The notes beneath the pieces are model-generated. The model saw nothing but the letters and a program-made list of their open reading frames with translations. It was not told the DNA's origin and ran no database searches. Shown in pieces: positions 57,126 through 64,000 of a DNA stretch of 64,000 nucleotides. The translations under genes were made by a program, and so were the position numbers. Positions within the stretch are counted from its first letter, which is position 1; each line of letters opens with the position of its first letter. Location of the stretch: positions 2,083,980 through 2,147,979 of the forward strand of contig CP030759.1 of NCBI GenBank assembly GCA_003290465.1. Direction: 5' to 3'. This DNA comes from Candidatus Sumerlaea chitinivorans. GTDB taxonomy: Bacteria; Sumerlaeota; Sumerlaeia; Sumerlaeales; Sumerlaeaceae.

Positions 57126-58627
57126 GGTGTTTTTGCCTCCGCCTCGCGGACTTTCCTTAGCCGTTCGAGAAAGAGGTCCGGCGCTTCAAATTTGCGTAAG
57201 GTCAGGTCACTGAGCACTCGCCCGTCGGGGGCGATAAAAATAATCGTGGGGAGCGACATGGCACCATATTTCTGTGCCAAAGCACTGTTCGTTTCATTCT
57301 CTTCCGTCATATCCACCTTGACTTTGATGAAGCGGCTCAGCTCGCGTGCAACATCCGGATGGGGAAAAGTTTTCCGTTCAAGTTCCTTACACGCTGCGCA
57401 CCATTCCGCTCCAAAATCGATCATCACGGGTCGCCCCTCAGCTCGGCCGCGGGCCAGCGCGGTCGCTTCGTCTGTCAACCATTCCTCGGCACTCTGACCC
57501 GTCGGCCCGGCAGCGTTCGAAGCGAGCTCCTGCCCACCTCGAGCCGCGGTCGCATCCGTAGACGACGCAGTGACGGCACTCGTGGTGGAGCTATCCTGAG
57601 CCAGAGCGCTAGTGTGCCCCGCCTGTGGTGGTGACAGTTGTGCCGCGGACTGCGCCGAAAGTGCGCCACCGGTGTGCGTAAGAAGAGGTTGCGAGATCCC
57701 CACAACGTACCCCGCAACCAGCGTCAGCACGAGCGCAAGGCCTTGCCAGAACCTTTGAAGCACAGGCAGGTGGGAACGCCGATTCCCAAGGCGGAGCAAA
57801 AACAGGGCGCCCAGCACTGCTGAAATTACGACCACGCCGCGATACACGGCCACCGGGAAGAGAAGTGCCCCATAGTATCCCACCGCAACCGCGATGAGCA
57901 GCGCCCCCAAGAAGATCCGAATATCCTCCATCCAGTCCCCTGACTTGGGCATTACTTTTAGAAACGCTGGGAATGTTCCTAACAGCATGAACAAAAGGCC
58001 AATCCCCAACGCGTAAAAGAAAAGTAACGATATCCCAACCAGTTCCTGCCCACTTTGGGTGGCAAGCGTCAGGATGCTGAAAAGGACCGGGCTACCGCAG
58101 GGCGAGGCGATTACCCCCGTGATCATTCCCAGCAGAAACGCCCCCACAAACCCACCGCGATTGGCTTTGCCCTGCAAGCGACTTGCCAGAGCCGGGGGCA
58201 TTTGGATCTCGAAAAGCCCCAACATGCTCAGCCCCATCGCGAGGAAGAACACCAACAGAAATCCGAGAAACCACTTATTCTGAAGCAAAAAGCCCAACAG
58301 CTTGCCCGATTTTGCGCCTGCGTAGCCAAGCAGCGAGTAAACCGTCGCTAAACCAAGCACAAAAACGAAGGAACGCAAAAACCCCTGAAGGGGTCGTTGG
58401 TTTGCCGAGCGTGCCCCAATGATGCTTAGAGTAATTGGGATCATTGGGTAGACGCACGGGGTGAAACTCACCAACACTCCCGCGGCAAACACGATCAGTA
58501 AGGTTAGCAAGAGACCACGGCTTGAGAGACTCGCTGCAGCGTCAAAGTCTGTCAGACCTGCAAATGCTGGAACACCCACCGCACAGAAGGCGACCAGCCA
58601 CACAATTCGTTTGAGCATGGTGTTCAA
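57122..58627 (-). CDS. DsbD-family protein-disulfide reductase (CcdA-like membrane core fused to a C-terminal thioredoxin domain)
   Basis: Signal peptide, membrane core with redox Cys in FTPCVYPMIP and ASPCGSPV, a Ser/Thr/Ala-rich linker, and a thioredoxin motif WCAACK. Confidence 0.88.
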   Translation of the reverse strand: MNTMLKRIVWLVAFCAVGVPAFAGLTDFDAAASLSSRGLLLTLLIVFAAGVLVSFTPCVYPMIPITLSIIGARSANQRPLQGFLRSFVFVLGLATVYSLLGYAGAKSGKLLGFLLQNKWFLGFLLVFFLAMGLSMLGLFEIQMPPALASRLQGKANRGGFVGAFLLGMITGVIASPCGSPVLFSILTLATQSGQELVGISLLFFYALGIGLLFMLLGTFPAFLKVMPKSGDWMEDIRIFLGALLIAVAVGYYGALLFPVAVYRGVVVISAVLGALFLLRLGNRRSHLPVLQRFWQGLALVLTLVAGYVVGISQPLLTHTGGALSAQSAAQLSPPQAGHTSALAQDSSTTSAVTASSTDATAARGGQELASNAAGPTGQSAEEWLTDEATALARGRAEGRPVMIDFGAEWCAACKELERKTFPHPDVARELSRFIKVKVDMTEENETNSALAQKYGAMSLPTIIFIAPDGRVLSDLTLRKFEAPDLFLERLRKVREAEAKTP

Positions 58628-58645
58628 AGCTACATTCTAAGAGGT

Positions 58646-60055
58646 GTGAATGTTCGAGAGCCGAAAGCGAAACCAGTGACGCAAACCCCACATAAAATGG
58701 CACCGGCGGCGCTGCCCCTGAACCCTGAGCACGGGGTTGAAGTCGAGCACGTAGCCAAGCGCTACCGCGTCATTTTGGGCGAAGTGGGACGCATCCGGGG
58801 TTTTCTTTTCTGGCGGTGGTCCTCCCGTCACCAACGTCGGGATCTCTGGGCGCTCGACGACGTCTCGTTCACCGTGCGCAAGGGCGAGATTCTTGGAGTA
58901 CTCGGACCGAACGGCGCAGGCAAAAGCACCCTGCTGCGCATTCTCGGCGGGATCACCCCTCCCGACCGCGGAGTGGTTCGCCGCGGCCCACGAGTTGCCG
59001 CCATGCTCGATCTATCCGTTGGTTTTCACCCTGCTCTCACTGGCTATGAGAACATTTTTCTTGCAGGGTCGCTTCTGGGCATTCCCCGCGCCGAGATGCG
59101 CCACCGCTTACCAGAAATCATCGCGTTCAGCGGTCTCGACCCCGCGGCTCTCGAGCAGCCCATTCGGCATTTTTCGTCGGGCATGACAGCGCGACTCGGG
59201 TTTGCGTTGGCGGTCCACACGGATCCGGACGTCATCCTTGTGGATGAAGTGCTCGCCGTTGGAGACTCCGAATTCCAAATCCGGAGTGCCCAGCGCATGC
59301 TGAAGTTCGCTGAAGAAGGTCGCTCAATGGTGTTGGTCTCACACATGGTGGACCAGATTGAGCATATCTGCGCACGCACTCTATGGCTCGACCGGGGGCG
59401 TGTCATGGATTTTGGCCCCACCCAGCATGTGACCCCCAAATACCGCCGTTTTCTCAATGAACGAATCCACCATGCTAAGGAGGCTGCCCCTTCACCCACG
59501 CTGGCGACGGCAGAAGGTATCGCTCATTCAGCCGGGGCCACAGCTGAAACGAACTCTCTGAAATCGACATCTCAAACCAACGCCGTGCGCATTGAAAGCC
59601 TCTCACTCGAGGATGAGGAAGGCCGCCCCCGCGACAGGTTTGCTACCGGCGCCTTTCTGCGCGCGGTTGCGGTCGTTCGCGCCTACACTCCACTTCCACG
59701 GTGGAACGCGTTAGTGACCGTGTTCAACGAGGTTGGCGATATCGTGGACGATTTCCTCATCACCGAAAAAGGGGTTAGCCCGCCCCCACTCACCGGCGCC
59801 GTGCGCATCACCATCGCATTTTGCCCACTGCTTCTCTACCGAGGGCGCTATGAACTCGTCCTCGAAATCGTCCGTGAAGAGGATCCGCAAGAGTCCTTTT
59901 CCCCACTTCGCGGTGCAGCGACATCCCGCCCCACTCCTCCCACACTTGCCCGCGCTGTTGCAACCTTTGAAGTTGAAACGGACCTTAACGGCATTCAACC
60001 GCTTGTCTACGGCACGATGCCGTTTGAGTTGGAAGTCATTCCCAAGATCGACTGA
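58646..60055 (+). CDS. Polysaccharide/O-antigen ABC exporter ATPase (Wzt/TagH type) with a C-terminal Wzt_C-like domain
   Basis: WALDDVSFTVRKGEILGVLGPNGAGKSTLL, YSSGM-type signature FSSGMTARLGFA, Walker B ILVDEVLAVGD, and a ~200-aa beta-rich C-terminal domain. Start is GTG 58646 or ATG 58697. Confidence 0.88.
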   Translation: MNVREPKAKPVTQTPHKMAPAALPLNPEHGVEVEHVAKRYRVILGEVGRIRGFLFWRWSSRHQRRDLWALDDVSFTVRKGEILGVLGPNGAGKSTLLRILGGITPPDRGVVRRGPRVAAMLDLSVGFHPALTGYENIFLAGSLLGIPRAEMRHRLPEIIAFSGLDPAALEQPIRHFSSGMTARLGFALAVHTDPDVILVDEVLAVGDSEFQIRSAQRMLKFAEEGRSMVLVSHMVDQIEHICARTLWLDRGRVMDFGPTQHVTPKYRRFLNERIHHAKEAAPSPTLATAEGIAHSAGATAETNSLKSTSQTNAVRIESLSLEDEEGRPRDRFATGAFLRAVAVVRAYTPLPRWNALVTVFNEVGDIVDDFLITEKGVSPPPLTGAVRITIAFCPLLLYRGRYELVLEIVREEDPQESFSPLRGAATSRPTPPTLARAVATFEVETDLNGIQPLVYGTMPFELEVIPKID

Positions 60056-60057
60056 CT

Positions 60058-61350
60058 CTACGCCTTAACAGAACCCATGGTGATGCCGGCGATGAAATGC
60101 CGCTGCATAAAGAGGTAGAGAATCAGAATGGGCACAACAGCCAAAGTTGCCCCCGCCATCTGCACCCCGTAGTCCACATTGCCGAACGGCCCTTGAAGCG
60201 TGGCCAAACCAAGCTGAACGGTTTTCATCTCATCGCGATTCGTGAGGATCAGGGGATAGAGGTACGAGTTCCACTGCCAGATGAAACGAAAGACGGCCAA
60301 CGCCGCGAGTATGGGACGCGCAATCGGCAAAATCACGTAGAGATACAGCTCAAAATCGCTCGCGCCGTCAACTCGCGCCGCCGCAAGCATGTCGTCCGGA
60401 ACCGTGAGCACATACTGCCGCACCAAGAAGATTCCGAATGCACTCACCAATCCCGGCACAATCAGCGCCGCATACGTATTATAAAGTCCAAGCTCCGAAA
60501 ACAAAAAGAACGTCGGCACGAGCGTCACCGGATATGGGATCATGATGGTGGCAACGAGCACGCCGAACAGTATCCGTCGAAAAGGAAACTCAAATTTCGC
60601 GAAAGCAAAGGCCGCAAGGGAGTCGAAAAAAACCCCCAAGATCACCGTGCTGAGGGCGACAAACAGACTATTGAGATACCACCGCGGATAACCACTGGAA
60701 AGCCATGCCAGCAGATGCCCGGAGCGCAGGGGTTCCCACGACACAAGGACGCGGTAGTTCGCGAACAGCCGCCCCACCATCGTAGTGAGGTTACGGGGGA
60801 TGACTTTTGCCTCAACGGCTTCCCACGCGTTGCCCGACGGATGCGGACACAGGATGGAAGCCACTTTGCGTTGACGCAATTCGTTGCGTGGGTCGTGCAC
60901 CTCATAGAGCGCAATCACGTACGTGAGACCATAGCCCGGCTTCTCTAACCCAATGCGACGCCCCCAAAGTGCGTCGTGCGGGACCATGGGCACGAGCATC
61001 TCCTTCAATGAATGCGGGTCCATAGCGAGAAAGGGTGCCTCAGGGGCCCACGGGGCATTGTTGAGCAACGCAAACTGCTCGTCGCTCAGACGCACTTCCA
61101 CAAAAGCGAAGTCACGATGGCGCAGTCGTAACAGATCCCGCACCGCATCGGGCACAAACCGCCCATTGCCCACCTCGGCCGGCCCCTTCAACGAGATGAA
61201 AACCATGTAGATGAACGGCACCACAACGACGATGGCAAAGCACGTGAGCGCAAAAATGGCCATCACCGACCGAAAAAGGCTTTCTTGTGCCGATGGCGGT
61301 GGGGCGTGCGGATGCGCCCGACTTCTCAGCAATAGCAGGGGATTGCGCAC
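60058..61350 (-). CDS. Carbohydrate ABC transporter permease (MalG/UgpE type) with an enlarged first periplasmic loop
   Basis: EAA loop AARVDGASDFELYLYVILPIARPIL. By my count about 160-170 residues separate the first and second TM helices. GTG start. Confidence 0.85.
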   Translation of the reverse strand: MRNPLLLLRSRAHPHAPPPSAQESLFRSVMAIFALTCFAIVVVVPFIYMVFISLKGPAEVGNGRFVPDAVRDLLRLRHRDFAFVEVRLSDEQFALLNNAPWAPEAPFLAMDPHSLKEMLVPMVPHDALWGRRIGLEKPGYGLTYVIALYEVHDPRNELRQRKVASILCPHPSGNAWEAVEAKVIPRNLTTMVGRLFANYRVLVSWEPLRSGHLLAWLSSGYPRWYLNSLFVALSTVILGVFFDSLAAFAFAKFEFPFRRILFGVLVATIMIPYPVTLVPTFFLFSELGLYNTYAALIVPGLVSAFGIFLVRQYVLTVPDDMLAAARVDGASDFELYLYVILPIARPILAALAVFRFIWQWNSYLYPLILTNRDEMKTVQLGLATLQGPFGNVDYGVQMAGATLAVVPILILYLFMQRHFIAGITMGSVKA

Positions 61351-61385
61351 GTTTCCTTTGTATGCGACTCAGTACAAGCGCTTGT

Positions 61386-62411
61386 CTATTCAAAAAGCGC
61401 GGGGTTTGCCCGCACCCATTCGAGTAGGCGCCGCACCCCTTCCGCTTTCGAGATCGTCGGCGCCCAACCAAAGTCCTCCTGCGCCTGACGAATGTCGCTA
61501 ATATAAACGGGTTGGTCGCCCGGTCGCCAAGGACCGAAATTCAGCGGGATATCGTGGCCCACGATCTGCTCGAGATCCGCCACCAGTTCAAGTAGGCTAA
61601 TCGTGTTGGGGCGTCCCCCGCCGATGTTGTAGATCTTCCCTGCAGTCCGCGAGATGGACTGAGCGGCCATTTGGAACGCCCGCACCAAGTCGTCAATGTA
61701 GAGAATGTCGCGCACCTGCTTGCCATCGCCGTAAATGTTGATGCTCTGGCCTCGATGAGCAGCGATGACAAAATGGGCAACCCAGCCCTGATCCTCATTG
61801 CCGAATTGTCGCGGCCCATATTGGCAACTCATGCGAAACACCACTGTCGGGATGCCATAAATGCGGGCATAATCGCGCACATACTGATCCGCAGCACCCT
61901 TTGAGCAGCCATAGGGTGAGTGAAAATCCAAACCACGACTTTCCGGAACACCGTGGGGAAGATCCTCATAGTCGTAGCGGCCGTCCCGTTCGACAATCTT
62001 TACGTCTTCCATCCCCCCGTAAACTTTGTTCGTGGAAGTGAAAAACACGATGGGTTTGCGGCCGCTGGCGCGCACCGCCTCGAGGACGTTGAACGTGCCA
62101 AGGGCGTTGACTTCAAAATCTGTCCGCGGATCCGTTACAGAAGTCGTGACCGCTACCTGTGCTGCCGTGTGGAACACAAGGTCGTAATCCGTGGCAGCAA
62201 CGACATCTCGAATCGCGGCGCTGTCCCGGATATCCCCCTGCACAAAGTGAAACTTGGGGTTGTTCTGGCCACGCAGCCACTCGAGATTGCGCTCAGTTCC
62301 TCGCCGCGACAAATTATCAAACACGGTCACCTCATCGCCATCTGCCAAAAACTTAGCCGTCAGATTGCTTCCGATGAATCCACAACCACCTGTGATCAGT
62401 ACCTTTGCCAT
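61386..62411 (-). CDS. SDR-family NAD-dependent sugar-nucleotide epimerase (CDP-paratose 2-epimerase-like)
   Basis: ITGGCGFIGSNL, FDNLSRRGTERNLEWL, and the catalytic YxxxK in YGCSKGAADQY. Confidence 0.9.
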   Translation of the reverse strand: MAKVLITGGCGFIGSNLTAKFLADGDEVTVFDNLSRRGTERNLEWLRGQNNPKFHFVQGDIRDSAAIRDVVAATDYDLVFHTAAQVAVTTSVTDPRTDFEVNALGTFNVLEAVRASGRKPIVFFTSTNKVYGGMEDVKIVERDGRYDYEDLPHGVPESRGLDFHSPYGCSKGAADQYVRDYARIYGIPTVVFRMSCQYGPRQFGNEDQGWVAHFVIAAHRGQSINIYGDGKQVRDILYIDDLVRAFQMAAQSISRTAGKIYNIGGGRPNTISLLELVADLEQIVGHDIPLNFGPWRPGDQPVYISDIRQAQEDFGWAPTISKAEGVRRLLEWVRANPALFE

Positions 62412-62523
62412 GTACCTTCATCCTTCCTCGATTGCAGTTGATTGAAAGTCCTTGTGAATGCACGGTTCGCTGGCACACCTCCATCCCCGTCCGATACGAT
62501 CATCCGCTTCGCTCATTTCCCAC

Positions 62524-63090
62524 TCAGGAATCGCGAGGGAATTTTCTATCCGCAACGGGGACCGTCGGCACGCTTTCGGGCGTAATTTTGTGGTCGAGCA
62601 GAATCCGGGCGATCGGAGCCAACGGCGCACGCATGCGCACTTCCCAGATCCCCGGTTCGATTTCCTGCTCGTGCACCACTTCTGCCGTCTGCAGATACTT
62701 TTCGACCGCACGTTTGACACTGAGATTCAGCGCCATGATCGAGCCCAAGGTCTGACTTCCCGTCACGGTCAGACGGCTCACGCGATGCTTGAGTCCGGCA
62801 ATTGCCGCTGTTTTTGCAGCCTGTTTTGCAGCCAGCGATCTCTGCGGCTCCGTTGTGACCTCAGCGGGGGCAATTCCACGCCCATCGGCTTCGACAAATT
62901 CCCCAGCCCACGTGAACACACTTTCGGCCCCGTCCCCGGCTGAGCCAGCCCTCGCTTTCTGGGTTTGGCGAAGTCCACTGCAACCGAAAAGCCACAGTGC
63001 CCACCCGACCACGAATAGCCAGACACACGCCCGCACAACCGCACGGGAGGCTCCGCCGGACACATCACGTGTCTGCCGACATTGAGTCAT
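62524..63090 (-). CDS. Putative lipoprotein (possibly LPP20-like)
   Basis: Lipobox LWLFGC|S after a hydrophobic stretch. The AKQAAKTAAIAGLKHRV segment resembles LPP20-type lipoproteins, a weak call from memory. ATG 63090 chosen (AAGGA 7 nt upstream). 63114 and 63183 are alternatives. Confidence 0.55.
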   Translation of the reverse strand: MTQCRQTRDVSGGASRAVVRACVWLFVVGWALWLFGCSGLRQTQKARAGSAGDGAESVFTWAGEFVEADGRGIAPAEVTTEPQRSLAAKQAAKTAAIAGLKHRVSRLTVTGSQTLGSIMALNLSVKRAVEKYLQTAEVVHEQEIEPGIWEVRMRAPLAPIARILLDHKITPESVPTVPVADRKFPRDS

Positions 63091-63494
63091 ATTTTGGTCC
63101 TTGAGAGTTTGCATTTGCCGCGATCGTGGGCGTGAGCGTACCGGCCGGTCAACACTTTTGCGAGCCCAGCGGTGCCGGGGCACACGAGGTGCCTGTGGCT
63201 AAGCAACATCAGCAGGGGGCTCCGGCGGGAATTCGAATCGCGGCAAGGGTTAGCGACCATTGATGCTTGAACCAATGTATTAGAGCCAAGGCACGAAACA
63301 CGTGCTCTACAAACGAGTGTTTCCGAGTTTGCGCTTTCGCTCCAAACCTCACTCGTACGGAAAAGGCACAGCGCGCACCGCGTGGCAGTCGAACGCAGTA
63401 TCCTTCGCCTCTTCCGTCTTTGGGGTTGTCTGTGATTCCTACTTCATTGTTAACTTCAGTCAAATCTTAGGAGATCAAAGCTCAGAAACGAACG

Positions 63495-64000
63495 GTGGGT
63501 GAGCTCCTACAAATCGCTGCTGTCCTTGCCCTCGCAGTTGCTTTTGGCATGCTTGCGGCCCTCCTTCGCCAACCTCTGATTGGAATCTTTGTGCTCACTG
63601 GAATCGTAGTGGGGCCCTCGGGATTGCGGATTATTTCCTCTCACTCACAGTTCGAGCTTTTGGGTTCGATTGGCATTTCGCTTCTGCTTTTCATCGGCGG
63701 GCTGAAGCTGGACATTCGGTTGCTTCGGCGAGTCGGCCGCGGACTGGTATGGGCCGGTGCCGCTCAAGTAGTTGGGACCGCCCTCCTTGCGCTTCCGCTG
63801 GTAGCCCCATTTGCGGGGGGTCAACCCATGGTATTCGCCGTTCTGGCTTTGGCGCTCACATTTTCGAGCACCGTCGTGGGGCTCAAAGTGCTGGCCGACC
63901 GCAATGAGCTCGATTCACTGCCGGGCGTATTAGCCATGGGGATTTTGCTTATCCAAGATTTTGCCGTGGTGCTTATTTTGATTTGGTTAGACGTGCTGGC
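63495..64000 (+). CDS. Cation:proton antiporter (CPA2/Kef-type), 5' part; continues beyond the window
   Basis: Frame is open from a stop at 63468-63470 to the window end. N-terminus LLQIAAVLALAVAFGMLAALLRQPLIGIFVLTGIVVGPSGL and following TM helices are typical of CPA2. GTG 63495 is the first start codon, and ATG 63549 is an alternative. Confidence 0.8.
   Translation, partial: MGELLQIAAVLALAVAFGMLAALLRQPLIGIFVLTGIVVGPSGLRIISSHSQFELLGSIGISLLLFIGGLKLDIRLLRRVGRGLVWAGAAQVVGTALLALPLVAPFAGGQPMVFAVLALALTFSSTVVGLKVLADRNELDSLPGVLAMGILLIQDFAVVLILIWLDVL

Noticed and set aside
63184-63494. c-di-AMP (ydaO) or other known riboswitch ahead of the Kef-type antiporter
   Set aside because: I found no recognisable conserved core (ACGGGG/CCCA-type pseudo-symmetric halves). 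Only a generic nested hairpin is present, and it is reported as a low-interest finding.

Overview
GC-rich, densely coding bacterial chromosomal segment with about 50 protein genes, one tRNA and no rRNA. Most content is core housekeeping. This includes translation (glnS, gltX, rsmA, rlmD, tRNA-Ala), amino-acid and polyamine synthesis (ilvA, hom, aroE, speA), energy and cofactor genes (a lone atpD, ccsA, hypA) and metal handling (feoB plus a Cys-rich feoA, copA, a TerC-family protein). It also includes envelope and redox functions (a DsbD-family protein, DUF2905, a Spy/CpxP-like protein, a GspG-like pseudopilin, a GT-C glycosyltransferase, ugd and an SDR epimerase). Signalling genes are a 1398-aa PAS/GAF GGDEF-EAL protein and an orphan histidine kinase. 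Four ABC-transporter components are each unpartnered. I see no transposase, integrase, phage gene, toxin-antitoxin pair, CRISPR array, restriction or other defence gene, and no biosynthetic cluster, so this reads as core genome rather than an accessory island. Gene content (GspG-like pseudopilin, two GHL10/DUF187 hydrolase-like proteins, ThuA-like and Gfo/Idh/MocA proteins, scattered operon fragments) suggests a PVC/FCB-adjacent or candidate-phylum organism, but that is only a guess. I do not find a convincing self-contained novel system. The best leads are listed here. (1) A secreted four-module DUF5666-like repeat protein carries a recent 252-bp internal duplication, and a perfect 22-bp tandem repeat with A8 tracts sits in its promoter region. 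(2) A feoB gene is followed, in unusual order, by a feoA with an 8-Cys N-terminal domain, behind a 429-nt non-coding leader. (3) An orphan intrinsic-terminator-like hairpin lies in the 434-nt rsmA/atpD spacer and could mark an sRNA or an attenuator. (4) marR, an ABC exporter and copA form a translationally coupled unit. (5) dsbD, DUF2905 and an ABC ATPase, then a Spy-like protein and a pseudopilin, form an envelope cluster. All family assignments come from motif recognition by eye. No searches were run.
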